From positions 620,001 to 684,000 of the forward strand of contig BROI01000008.1 of NCBI GenBank assembly GCA_027923505.1: 64,000 nucleotides of DNA. The letters run 5' to 3'. Shown here one piece after another: positions 1 through 11,865 of this stretch. This DNA is from Mayamaea pseudoterrestris. Taxonomy: Eukaryota. The position numbers were made by a program, and so were the translations under genes. Numbering within the stretch: the stretch's first letter is position 1; the number at the start of each line of letters is the position of its first letter. The notes below the pieces were generated by a model. It worked only from the letters and a program-made list of their open reading frames with translations. It had not been told where the DNA came from and did no database searches.

Positions 1-345
1 GCTGCTTGAACAGAGCCGATGGCGGCGGCGAGGAGAAGGATGTGGACGCCATGGCGAAAAATAAAGTGCTGCACCTCTCACTGTCAGTCCGTTGTCGGAC
101 GGCTGTCGCACAGTCACTTGAGACAACTGTATGAAAAAGAGTGGCGTCAAATGACTTTAAATACATATGCCTAGCTCTTTGACATTCGCCTTTGAATGAC
201 CGATCCAACCATCCGGCAGAATGGGCACCATGATGATGTCGGATCGAACAACCTGTATCGGTAGCTCCGCATTCTATAACAACCGACAAGAGTATCGAAA
301 GGAGTGCTTGTAGCAAAAGTGTGACTGGATCTCCACCAACTAAAC

Positions 346-3300
346 ATGTCATTCCCGTCCCCACATTCGACCGCACTGGACGCAACAGTAGCAACCGAAC
401 CAACAGGGTTGCGTAGCTCAGCGGGGAGCAATCGAATTATCAACATGTTTCGACGGACAGCTCCTCCGCGACGTCAAGCATCCAATAACACTGCGGTCAG
501 CAACTCTGCAACAGTGAGGACTACGCGAGAAGGCGACTATCAGCTGGGCCCGGAAACGTCCAGTGCTTTGGCTCGACGGAACATGTGCGCCTTGTTTTGG
601 TACTATTCCATCTATCCAGGGGATGATCGCAAAACGTTCTTGCAACATGTTTTAGACAATTGCATATGGAGGACACTGCTTATCGTATTGACGTTTATAT
701 TACTCTTTGGTGCACAGATTCGCGATATTGCCATACCTCCTGACGGTGATGCAGCTTGCGACGGAATCTTCATGACCACATTTGTTTTATTGGTTATTGA
801 CATGCTTATGCGCATCGACTGTGAGCCTACCTACTTTGTGTGTCGCTGTGGAGACAATGGGCACGATGGTGCAGAACGAACTTGGTTTAACAGCATACAA
901 GTCGGTAGCTTTCTCTTTTGGTGCGATATACTTTCGACAATGACGCTTCTTACGGAAATATCTTTCATTAACAAAAGCGGCTTTGCGGCGGCATCGATTA
1001 CTATTTACTTGGACCAATTCGGAATTCCGGTGAGTACGAGCTGCATATCAACGCTTGTCGAGCGCAACATAGTCATGTGCACTGATTCTTTGAGTCGCAA
1101 TTTCGACAGTCGGATGGTCTCGACGAAGTTAATCAAGCAGTGCCGGTGGAAGCAGATCTTGTTCTCCTGGTTGCCATTTGCAAGACGGCTCGGGTCGCGC
1201 GGTTTATTCGGTCCAATACGGCTCTCACAATTTCCAGCAAGGTTAATTGGTTCGCCTTGGTCAATCTCCTCAACCCATGTTGGTATTTGAGGGCCGTGAT
1301 CCGGGCAATGGTGCTTGTCTGTGACTCCTGCGTCTCGTCGCGACGTAAAAATCGCAATGACCGACAGTCATCGGCGATGGACGATTTTTCGTCCAACGGT
1401 CTGGGAAAAGAGGACGAATCCCGCTTTCGACGCTCATCTTGGGGTGCGCTGGGGCTTGGAGCTCTGGCTGCCATACGCGAAAAGAATAGCACACTGGCAG
1501 ATGTCCAGGTTGGTGTTAAATCTTGGCCGATCAGGGCGATGCGATTTATTGGATTGGCTCCTGCCAGTGATGAACAGTGGAGGCGCCATGTGGCTGCGAC
1601 TAAAATTCAGCGTCTATGGCGACGGTACAAAGGAATGGACCCTGACTACCTTCTCGAGAGTGGCACAGGCTGGAAGCCTCTTGGTCGCGCGTCGAAGACA
1701 ACGGATCAGGCATTACAGAAGAAATCGTCCATAATGCACTTCTCTATCTCACGCGCTTTACCTGGTAGACGAGGCACTACCACAGCATCAGCTGCTGCAA
1801 CGAAACCCTTAAATAGAAGTGGACGAAAGACTGTCAACCGGGAGTCCCAGGTTGGTACGGCTATGCGCGAGCTGACTGGACAGAGAGTCGCCATTGGCAT
1901 CATTATTGGTTTGCTTTTGACTGTGCTGTTTACCTACACGGAGGTTGATGCGACACGCCCAGCAACAATGATCGTTCTGCATAATCAGACGTCTTATCCT
2001 GCGTTTGCCAACCGCTCGCTCGAGGCGGCTATGAGCAGCTCCATTCCAGATCTTTACTCGTACGAATTGGCCAACGGTCAGATCAAGAATTTTTCTATTT
2101 CCGAAATGCAGGCTGGAGAACGAGCCTTGCGCCCAAGAGAAACTTTAATTGTGACTATTCAAGGATATGACGGAAGCGCGACGACTGGCAAATTTGCGTT
2201 AAAGGACGAGCGACAGGAAGAAGCCCTTGTCGCGCTTCTATCAACCATTTTTATTCTTGTCGTTTGGTTCTTCGGGGTAACGGCGTTTGCAGGCCCAGTC
2301 ATGGTACTCGTCGTCATTCCCATAGAGCGCATGGTTCGACTCCTTGGGATGCTGATGGTGGATCCGCTTGGTTATGAGAATTCGCCGCGTTATAAGAACT
2401 TTATGAAAGAGGAGGATCAAATAACAAAAAACACTCGTTGGACTAAAGAAGTTTTGAAAGGAATGGAAACGTCGTTCCTTATGTCAACGATTCTGCGCAT
2501 CGGATCACTCATGAAGGTCGGCTTTGGTAGCGCCGGCGTCGAAATTATTCGGAACAATCTTGAGAAGGGACAAAACAAGAACAATCTGGCTTTGAATTCG
2601 CAGGGTTCAAGTGTTTCTTGTATTTTCCTCTTTTGTGATATTCGTCAGTTCACTGACGCGACTGAGTGCTTGCAAGAAGAGGTTTTCGTTTTTACAAATA
2701 GAATCGCCGCCGTAGTGCATTCAATCGTCACTGCATATGGTGGTTCTGCGAATAAAAATATTGGCGACGCATTTCTTTTGAGCTGGCGACTGGACGAAGC
2801 TGACCAGGACAACACTTTTGGCGGCGACGAGGAGACATACACAGCAAATCACAACCAAGCCGACAAGGCTCTACTTGCTGTGGTGAAGATATGCATGGCC
2901 TTGCATTACGACGACTTTTACATTTCCACCATGAGCGAAAATGCTCGCGCAGCCCTTCTCGCCAAATTTGCAAAAAGAAATGGTTTGGTCCAGATGGGGT
3001 TCGGTCTGCATGCCGGGAAAGCTGTGCAAGGAGCTATTGGGTCGCAACGTAAAATTGACGCGACTTATATTTCCGACCACGTCGAACAGGCTGAGTTTTT
3101 GGAATCCTCGACAAAGAAGTATGGCGTCAACATGTTAATGTCCGACAGCTTTCATCGTCTCCTTCACCCAAGCAACCGTCGCCGGTGCCGCAAGGTTGAC
3201 CAACTACTTCTTTTAGAAGACGACGATGACTTTGCTGATGATTACTTTGACGATGCAAATGCCCGTCTCATTGAGCTCTTTACCTTCGACATGGATATTA

Positions 3301-3830
3301 ATGCACTTTGGCGAGCACCGAAAAAGAAGGGACAACGAGATGGCGGTGAATCGGACTCTGATACAGGTTCTCAACGGGGTTCTTCTCGACGAGATCTGAC
3401 GAGAATATCGGGTGGCATGATGAAAGGAGTTCGACGACGCAGCGTCATGACTATCAATGAGAAAAGTGAAGACTTGAGCGACACATTCCCTGGAGCGACA
3501 GGAACTGGGCAGGGCGACAAGGGCGAATCGGAGATGATAAAGCCTGGTGAATTAGTCCTTTCTACAGGACCGGCAATCTACAATGCGAATGTGTGGGTGA
3601 ATGAAGACATGCGAAAGATAAGGCAGCGCTTTTCAGATGGTCTCTTTTTCCAGAAATTTAGCTCTGGCTTGCAAGCTTTCTACTCCAAGGATTGGGATTT
3701 TGCAAAGCAGTGTTTTCAACAGATTTTGGATCGTTTTGAAGATGGACCATCTCGGCACTTTATGAATCAGATTGATGAGCACAGCGGCGTGCCTCCTAAA
3801 GGCTTTAAAGAGTATGGCATTCCAGAGTAA
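346..3830 (+). CDS. Ion-transport/voltage-sensor-domain class III adenylyl cyclase-like protein with IQ motif and C-terminal TPR-like helix pair (exons 346-1029, 1110-3830)
   Basis: GTGAGT..CAG intron 1030-1109 joins ORFs 346 and 1140 in frame. N-terminal TM helices with S4-like KTARVARFIR; IQ motif AATKIQRLWRRY; ESQVG..ELT..RV segment; GFGSAG; cyclase motifs FCDIRQFT, KNIGDAF, MGFGLHAG, GAIGSQRKID. Confidence 0.9.
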
Positions 3831-5111
3831 CGCAGCGTTGTCATTGTCGGCCCTACTGATACAAACAGACGTGAATAATATATTTAATAAGTTTAGGTTG
3901 GCATCATTTATTTGCAGCAGCGTTTACTGAACATGCCTTTCGCACTTCCAACCTGCGAAGGGAAGTAGGAAGTAGTACTCAAGTTGCGAAGTCCACACAT
4001 TCACAAAAGGTTGCCAACCACTGCACATGGAAGAGAATTGTGTAAGTTTATATCACTGAATTGCAGCAACCATGGAATGAAATGTCGAAAGGAGCACTGA
4101 CAAAGAAACCGTGGAAAGAAGAACCGGAAACAACCTCAACAGATACAAACGAGTACATGCCAAGACGCCGGAACAAAAACTGTCACAACTTGATGTCAAT
4201 CGTTTTTCTACGCTAAGTGCCTTGCTAATGAACTCCTTCGTTATTCTCGCATCTGCATGAAGGTGACTGCATGTAACGTTGCGCCACGGATAAATCTATG
4301 GACGCAGCGACGTAGTACCGAAAAAAGATGCCAGTCACATCATTCGCTCAAGATTTCATACCTAAATTATCCATAGCAAAAGATTATTACAGCCAAAGTG
4401 AGAAAAGGAAAGTGTAGCAGAAATACAAACGTCATCAGACGGTATATGAACACCGATAAAGTTAGCGATTTCGTCGTCACTCTGGCATCTCAAGAGAAGT
4501 CCGATCCAATGATGGTATAAAATGCATCAGTCGGCGGCAATGGATGCAACATGCTATCTGCGACAGGCGATTATTTAAAGCAACTAACTTTCGTACCTGA
4601 ATTACTTGTAGCGATACGATCCATGGGGCACCGGTAATACCAGTTGACAGAAACGATGAATGGCACGCGGATGAGACAATACTGGCTGGAGCCTCGTGCT
4701 ATTCTACTTATCCTCATTTTCGCATCACAAGTTATGGATGCCTGAGTCCATCAGTACGCATGGTCGGATATGACAAGGCAGCTTGCTCGATCATACAGTA
4801 CGTAAGATACGTCAAGCAGCACTGCCGAGACGAGAAGTTGTGTGAAAGGTTTGAACTTTTTTCGTGGTCTTCATGCAGTCGCGGTTTCTGTCGTAGCTTA
4901 ACCAGTACGACATCTCCACCCTTGCCACGTGGATGATGACGCATGTGCCAATGTCAGCCGTTTCACGCCACACGCAGCGCTGCCGCGAGAGCGGCCGTTG
5001 ATTTTTGGCTCTCGTTTCTCCGTTCATCATTATTTCAATAGTAAGAGAACAAGTTAGCCTTGTATTAACCCGACCATTCAGTTCATTTGCAACCTTAATC
5101 TTTGATTGACC

Positions 5112-6247
5112 ATGTCGCGTCCAAACAAGCGCAAGGAAGCCCCGCTGCCCATGCCGGACGATGTTTGGGGAGCCTCGACAAGCGAAATTTACGATTCGGT
5201 CTTGGGCGACGTCCAGCTTGACCACGATCATGAGGACGAGAAGCAATCACCGCGCAAGCGAGCTTCGACTAATGCTATTACCATCGATCTTCCTCGCGAT
5301 TTCAACCATTTGCTGTTTCAGTTGCTTGTCTTCAAGGCTGATACTGGAAACTTTCATGCCACCAAAGAGGAGCAGCCGCTGTTGCATTCCTTTCTGTATT
5401 ACATCAAGAAGGAATTCAAGAATTATCAAAATGATCCAACCGCATGCGACTTGACGGCAGACCAAATTAAGGTGCTCGAGCATTTGCACGTTCCTCTGAC
5501 GAGTCGCGGAGATGATCACTGGGTTCGCTTCTACGACTTGCTTGTCGGTTATCGGGAGAAACACGGACACGTATTGGTACCTCGTCTCAGTGAGGTTCCT
5601 GGACTCGGTGATTGGGTCACCGATATGCGCAGGCAGTACAAGGCTCTGTAAGAGTACAGGTCGATTTGTATATTTGAACTTGATTCTACAACGTTTTAAT
5701 CATATCGTAATTTTCATTTCACAGGAAGCAGGGTCAGGTTTCCCAGCTCACGGATGATCGACGTGCCAAGCTGGAGCAACTTGGATTCGTCTGGCAAGTC
5801 CGCAGTCGTCCCGAATGGGACGCGCGATATAAGCAACTTGTAGATTATAAGGTACGTCTTTGGTTTGCTGTGACAATGCGCACGACCACTGTCAGAGTGG
5901 AGCTGACTCGTCGATTGTTTCGCGTTGTAAAGGCGGTTCATGGAGACTGCAAGGTGCCTCAGCATTACAAGGAGAATCGGGCGCTTGGGAAATGGACGGC
6001 AAAGCAGAGGGAGCAATACAAGAAAATGAAGAAAGGAGAACATTCATTTCTGACGCCATATCGCTTGGAAAAGCTTGAGCAGCTCGGCTTTTCTTGGCAA
6101 ATTCGCACGTCCTTGGATCCTGATGATGCCGGCGAGTTTCCAGCTTTGCATGACGTAGTGCCAGTCAAGGTGGAAACGAACATGGAGTCGGTGGTAGATT
6201 CGGAGGCTCATCAGATTCACCATGCGCATGCTTCAGTAAATGTCTAA
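5112..6247 (+). CDS. Helicase-associated (HA) repeat protein without helicase domain (exons 5112-5647, 5725-5851, 5933-6247)
   Basis: Introns 5648-5724 and 5852-5932 restore repeats of type W..xY..L..Y...HG...VP.....LG.W...R..YK.....LT..R..KLEQLGF.W: two canonical repeats plus one degenerate N-terminal repeat. Confidence 0.85.
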
Positions 6248-7077
6248 AACGCTTTCGCTAGGGCCTGCTCGTGTTGGGACAACGCGCGTGTATTACTGGT
6301 ACTGGCAGTTAGAGGTTAAAACAGTTTGATAGGTTGACTGTATATTGCTTACAAAATTCTAATATAGGATGCTCTACAACATGGAATGCCTGGTTGGAGC
6401 TGACGATGCTGCGATGCCATTTTGAAGAAGCACTGTTATGTGCGAGTAAGATGGGACCAGTGTGCGCCATTACGATCACCGCGCACACCCTATCGTCATG
6501 TATGCCCGTTGCTCTGTTTGGAATTGTATCCGACGAAAGCGTTACTAGTTGTTAAGGTTCCTATTCAGCTTCTGTCTTGCAGTAATATAGCATGAATAAA
6601 GTTCTTCAATAGAGGGTAGCAGCAATGCAAACAGATCTTCCACCATGTCTGCTAATCTTTTACGTTCGTTCTGGGACATTCACATGCATGTAATGAAAAA
6701 ATAATCTCGAAGCTGCATTTGGTTGAGGTCTATCCCATCAACTTCTCCAGCATTTGGGCCAGGGTTATATACAAGGGATACTCCTAGCAGCCAGACTAAC
6801 CACAGTCAAGCGATAGTTCATTTTAAATATGAGAGTCCTCATAGGTGGGATGTATGTATTCGGTAGTGATGAACTGCAACTGCGTGTTTTTACCTTTCCA
6901 TCACCTTCCAGTTAGTTACTATTAGTTAGCTATGGTCGAAAGAGCTAGCTTAGCGTTTGATGACGGCATTCGGTGACCGGCGAAAGTGGCGACGGCAGTC
7001 GGCAATGATATCATACACGGCGCTGGCACACGAGCGGTCTTTAAACTACAACGACAAGCAAGTGTTTCCATACAATC

Positions 7078-7761
7078 ATGTTTCTTTTGGACTGGTGGTA
7101 CAGTGCACTAGCGAGCCTAGGTATGTGTTACTATGGCTTGAAATGTTAACAAGTGTTTTGCACAATGTCTGACTTACCAGCGAACCTCCATTTTCCATCC
7201 GTCGTCCTTCGTTGCGTGTGCACAGGACTCTACCATAAGAATGCCAAGATTCTCTTTCTCGGGCTCGACAATGCGGGAAAGACTACCTTGCTTCATATGC
7301 TAAAAGAGAACCGTGTTCAGGTGCATGTTCCGACACTTCATCCGAACACGGACGAGCTTATTATTGGCAATATCAAATTCAAGACGTTTGATCTCGGCGG
7401 ACACGAGACGGCTCGTCGATTGTGGCAGGACTATTTTACCACTGTTGATGGAGTAGTGTATTTGGTGGATGCAATTGACCGTGGTCGCTTTCCGGAGGCC
7501 AAGAAGGAGCTTGACGCTTTGCTCACAAGCGAGGAGCTGCAAGACGTTCCATTCTTGGTGCTCGGTAATAAGATCGATATGCCCACGGCAGCATCGGAGG
7601 AAGAGCTAAAGTACGCGCTTGGCTTAATGGACACGTATGGTAAAGACAAGGGTCCGGATGCGCAATCGGCGGTTCGTCCCATCGAGCTGTACATGTGTTC
7701 CGTCATTCGAAGAATGGGTTATGCCGATGGCTTCAAGTGGCTCTCTCAGTTCTTGACGTAA
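7078..7761 (+). CDS. SAR1: Small GTPase Sar1, COPII (exons 7078-7120, 7226-7761)
   Basis: [15 protein letters not shown] spliced (intron 7121-7225) to [26 protein letters not shown] and GNKID motifs. Confidence 0.98.
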
Positions 7762-7772
7762 AAAACAAGTTA

Positions 7773-7797
7773 AAGAAGAGAGAGAGAGAAGAAGAAG
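7773..7797 (+). repeat. Short purine microsatellite (GA)n/(GAA)n just after the SAR1 stop codon
   Basis: aagaagagagagagagaagaagaag seen directly. Confidence 0.6.
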
Positions 7798-8357
7798 CTA
7801 CTAGGTGTTTTGATGGATTGTGATGGGATTGCTTTTGGTTTGCTGCATCGTGCACATTGATGTCGATACATTTAATGCCTTAATTTCTTAGCTTTTGCGA
7901 CTCTACCATATTTTTAACGTAGAAATATCTCACTTTGCCAACTGTATTTGCTGCCGTGCAAGCAGCTCTGCAAATTACTTTGTTCAAGCGGCGACGAGTT
8001 TCATTCCTTGTCACAATACTTTTCACTCAACTGCATGACCGGATGGAACAGCATATACCTTCTCATCACCTACTCGTACAAACAATAATCATAGCAGTGT
8101 GTAGTGGCATCAACAAACGATATTGACGAGCACTAAATACTGTAGTCATTGTAAAGGGCACCGGTACATAGCTCCAAGTGCCTGTCCGACAGCGCCAATG
8201 AAACGTGAAGTGCCGGTGAGATTTGCGTCATCAACTCGACCATGGTGAAAGGACTGGCCGGAGCGCGTTGAATCAGAACCACTCAAAATATCGCACGAGT
8301 CATCATGAGGTGACGCTACCACTTACAGCCATTGGAAGACGGTCAGCCACTTTTGTC

Positions 8358-10370
8358 ATGTCTTTGGACGAAAATGTAGCTACTGCTGTCATTGCAGGTG
8401 TTGCAGCTGTCGATGCAAATGATCAATTGCAGACAACGAAAGAGGAGCAACACAAGCTGCCTCATCGCGCTGCGCAGCAGCAGATGGCCTCAGAACCTAA
8501 TGAAGAGACAAGATCTGAAGACAGTAACTCCGGAAGTCCAAGCAACCTTCTAAAGCGCCCTCCGAAGATGAGACTCAAGCTTTCCATGCGCAAGCTGCCG
8601 ACGCAGGCAAATAGAAAACCATTAGCGAATGGATCGCCTAATGCACCGGACCAGATAAATAGCGACGACGACGAACCGAAAGCAATGATCGTTGATAGCG
8701 ATGATGGCGGGGAGGATCACGCCATTGCCTTGGCAGTATTGGATGAACCGGCGTCGACAGCAAATCATTCGGGGGCGACGAGCACGAAGCCGCCTAAGCG
8801 GAGGTCCGTCAGCAACAGCAGTAGCAACAACAACAACAATACTTCTCGACAGATTCGACTGCCTCCCATTGCAAGTCCAGGACTGTACATGGCGCTTCCA
8901 TCAATGACTCCTAAAGAAAAGCTTGCCAAAAATGGATTCATTGCTCCGGCTGATGTATTTGACCATCACATGGAGCAGGCTGGATACACTATGGAGCGGA
9001 GGACTAAGAGCCCGCATCGAGGTTCTAGCGTCAAACGAACCATCGGTGACATGTTCGATTCCAATGTGGCCTTGACGCAGAGGTTTCCGCCGCTGATACC
9101 GCCACGCGTAGGGGAACATGTCGACGTTGATGCTGATACATTAGATATCGATGGTGAGCACAACGGCAACGACGTACGGCAGCGTTTGATTAATGCGCTT
9201 TCGCGGAAAGCCGGCCAACAAGCTTCCGTTACGAACGAAGCTGGAAAAGCTTGCAAAAGGCGTACAGCTATACATATGAAGGACATGGTTCCAATATCAC
9301 TCACAATTCCATTACCTGAAGAATACGTGCGCAAGCAGATCCAATACGTCCAAGATGTAAAACGTCGCGAGGAAGCTATCGTTGAGTATCAGGAAGCTGT
9401 CTTTAACGCATTGGCATCTAGATCTGATGACGGAGTGGAGGATAAAGTTGGGAAAATACCAGCCGATCCACTTCTTCCTACGGTACCAGCGATCCCTGAC
9501 CCTCCAACACCGCCTAGATTAACTGAGTTGAGTGGATCACTCGTTGAGCTGTATCACGATATAGGTAAAGGACACATCTATTTGCCCAAAGGGAAAGAAG
9601 ATTTTGTTGCTCATCTTGATCCAAAGTGCTTCCACATCACCGAAGGTCGCTACTTTGGTTTGGAGTCGAATCTTATCGCTGATCCGAATTTTGTTGGACC
9701 TAACGCTCCAGGTATTGCGGGAATCAACGCGTCAGGTGGATCAGGACTTGCTACTTCATCGTCGGGTGGTGGCATATCCGGCGCCATGGCCTTGACACTG
9801 AGCACAACCTACAACGGAACGACAGCTGGCTCGGCGGCAGTATTTCGCATCCCGGGCACTTCGCCTGCATATGTGAATTTCACACAAGGTGTTACCAAGA
9901 CGGCATCATCTTTTGATGCTGCGAATGGCTTTGTTCCGGACTTAGCAAATATGCTTGAGGATGATCACTCGGCGGTTAAGCCTACTCCACAATCGATTGA
10001 ATCTAAAGACATTGGCCCTCCTCCCACATCGTCGTTTTCGGACCTAAAGAAAATTTTCGACGATAACGCACCAATTTTGCAGTCGATGAAAGATTGCATC
10101 ATCAAGTCTGCAGTGCATGCGAGTCGCTCAGGACATCATGGGGTTTCTTGGCTTGGTCCAGACGGGGAGAGATACCCTGATATTAGTAAGGCATTCGCGA
10201 CGTATGCCGGCATAAGGCCATGCCAACGATGTAAGAGTAACAAACAAGGAGCTTACCACTGTAGACTAAGACGAACGCACAAGGAGGCGGACCATGACGG
10301 CGGAAATAGTTTCGTGGTCCTGTCTACGCTTTTGTTGGCACCGATGGAATCGCTCTTATTGAGCCAATAA
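8358..10370 (+). CDS. Uncharacterised protein, probably nuclear, with C-terminal Cys/His zinc-binding-like motif
   Basis: Long ORF; probable start MSLDEN at 8358; basic NLS-like patches (KRPPKMRLKL, KPPKRR); C-terminal CQRCKSNKQGAYHCRLRRTH. Confidence 0.7.
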   Translation: MSLDENVATAVIAGVAAVDANDQLQTTKEEQHKLPHRAAQQQMASEPNEETRSEDSNSGSPSNLLKRPPKMRLKLSMRKLPTQANRKPLANGSPNAPDQINSDDDEPKAMIVDSDDGGEDHAIALAVLDEPASTANHSGATSTKPPKRRSVSNSSSNNNNNTSRQIRLPPIASPGLYMALPSMTPKEKLAKNGFIAPADVFDHHMEQAGYTMERRTKSPHRGSSVKRTIGDMFDSNVALTQRFPPLIPPRVGEHVDVDADTLDIDGEHNGNDVRQRLINALSRKAGQQASVTNEAGKACKRRTAIHMKDMVPISLTIPLPEEYVRKQIQYVQDVKRREEAIVEYQEAVFNALASRSDDGVEDKVGKIPADPLLPTVPAIPDPPTPPRLTELSGSLVELYHDIGKGHIYLPKGKEDFVAHLDPKCFHITEGRYFGLESNLIADPNFVGPNAPGIAGINASGGSGLATSSSGGGISGAMALTLSTTYNGTTAGSAAVFRIPGTSPAYVNFTQGVTKTASSFDAANGFVPDLANMLEDDHSAVKPTPQSIESKDIGPPPTSSFSDLKKIFDDNAPILQSMKDCIIKSAVHASRSGHHGVSWLGPDGERYPDISKAFATYAGIRPCQRCKSNKQGAYHCRLRRTHKEADHDGGNSFVVLSTLLLAPMESLLLSQ

Positions 10371-10413
10371 GGGTTACATACTTAATTAAACATTCATTGC
10401 ATACGTTCCTAAA

Positions 10414-11865
10414 CTAAACCAAGTGCCAAAGATTCTTTCCTTCCGTTCTGTTTATTGAGGCAACATTCCGTTCCAAAGCGCCATTCGTGCGATAGAGAGC
10501 AACGCATACTACAACTGGCAAGTCTGGCAGCAAACTAAAATCAATCTCATCTCCTTTGAGTGCATGTAACGAGCGTTTGCGCTGCTTCTTGATTGGCGGA
10601 GGAGCAACTACGTCTTCGGCTCCGTTTTTTAGCCCTTCTTCCGGTTTGCTCTTGTCGATCCTTCCGTAACCATCATCGGCAGTGTCATGTCCCTCCATCC
10701 ACCGCTGCTGAATTCGTTCCCGCCGGCAAGGATCGTTAATCAGCCAAGAGAAATGAACAATGGGTATCTTGGCACCAATGTCTCGGTTCACATAGTAGCC
10801 TTGTTCAATTTTCTTGTCGTCCACGTCTACAAAGCAATACACTCGATGTCGAATATTGTCGGAAAGCATCTTGACGAAGTCCTTGCCGTCGCGTCCAGCT
10901 CCCCATACAACAAACTGCTTATTTCGCCACTCTGTGCATTTGCATAGTATCAATTGCTCAAAGGCTGAGGTCCGAAGCTGCAGCAGCAACTTACGTGAGG
11001 TTTGAGATGATTGGGAGGATCCCTGTACTTGTTTGTACACGACAAGTTCACGACGAAGTAAGTGCAACGTTCCTTGGCGTTCCAAATGCGCATAGAAGAA
11101 TCGTAGATCCTCCGCCAGCCGTAAAGTCTTGTGCGTGTCAACTTTGGGATGGATAAGTCGAAGAGGAGCTGTCGATGAAGACGAGTCATTACGAAATATC
11201 GGTGCCACTCCTTGCCAAGCATGAATCACCGTCCCAACTTCGTCAAGCTTGTCCGGATGCGGGGCTTCCACATATCCCCCAAGACTTTCGAAACGCTGTC
11301 TGGATATCATCCACGTCGGTTGTATCAGAGTGACTTCGCGAAAGCGCTCCAAGTAGAGTCGTTCGTCGGATAGTTGGTTCGCCCACGATGCGTAATGCCA
11401 CGATGCATCGGGTGGATCTCGAGTAAACTGCGACCCAAGTAAAGCACTGTTTCTGCCATCTTCAGTCGCAAACGCAGTGATCATGTAATTCACCTGCTCC
11501 GTTACTCGGTTTGGCTTCATGATATCGTCACTGTCCAGCATGCAGAGAAAGCAAGTAGAGGGAGCTGCGTTTCGCCTAAGCTCAACAGCTCGATTCCGTG
11601 CGTAGCCCGCTCCTCGTGAAACGCCATCGGGACTCGAGGCCACAAGCAAATGAGTCTCAATTATTGATTTGTCTCCACTTTTGCTCTTTTGTTGGAACTC
11701 GGATAGTATTTCCTTGCTCGCGTCAGTGGAAGCGTCATCGTAGCAGCAAACATAAACGATGATCTCGTGACTTTCGCTCCGTCGCTGATGCAATGCTGAA
11801 TCGAGCGTATCTCGGAGTGTCAAAGCCGCATTGTGAACAGGTATGATAATGTTAACTTCGATCAT
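10414..11865 (-). CDS. QTGAL: GT2 glycosyltransferase, B3GNTL1/QTGAL (queuosine-tRNA galactosyltransferase) homologue
   Basis: IIIPVHNA, YDDASTD, RGAGYARN, LCMLDSDD, RDPPD..Y..WANQL, IQPTW, EDLRFFY.HL, VWGAGRDG, FVDVDDKKI, IPIVHF, VVCV...TNGALE.N......EG...WH are colinear with human B3GNTL1 as recalled. Confidence 0.88.
   Translation of the reverse strand: MIEVNIIIPVHNAALTLRDTLDSALHQRRSESHEIIVYVCCYDDASTDASKEILSEFQQKSKSGDKSIIETHLLVASSPDGVSRGAGYARNRAVELRRNAAPSTCFLCMLDSDDIMKPNRVTEQVNYMITAFATEDGRNSALLGSQFTRDPPDASWHYASWANQLSDERLYLERFREVTLIQPTWMISRQRFESLGGYVEAPHPDKLDEVGTVIHAWQGVAPIFRNDSSSSTAPLRLIHPKVDTHKTLRLAEDLRFFYAHLERQGTLHLLRRELVVYKQVQGSSQSSQTSRKLLLQLRTSAFEQLILCKCTEWRNKQFVVWGAGRDGKDFVKMLSDNIRHRVYCFVDVDDKKIEQGYYVNRDIGAKIPIVHFSWLINDPCRRERIQQRWMEGHDTADDGYGRIDKSKPEEGLKNGAEDVVAPPPIKKQRKRSLHALKGDEIDFSLLPDLPVVVCVALYRTNGALERNVASINRTEGKNLWHLV

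Noticed and set aside
1030..1290. Apparent frameshift or overlap between ORFs 346-1290 and 1140-3830, and similar split ORFs in GH16, CTF18, RpoT, Sec1, HADHA and CAP-D3
   Set aside because: All are resolved by canonical GT-AG introns that restore the frame; they are not pseudogenes or programmed frameshifts.
3831..5111. Long intergenic region as a possible transposon remnant or ncRNA
   Set aside because: No terminal inverted repeats, LTRs, transposase fragments or recognisable RNA motifs were seen by eye.
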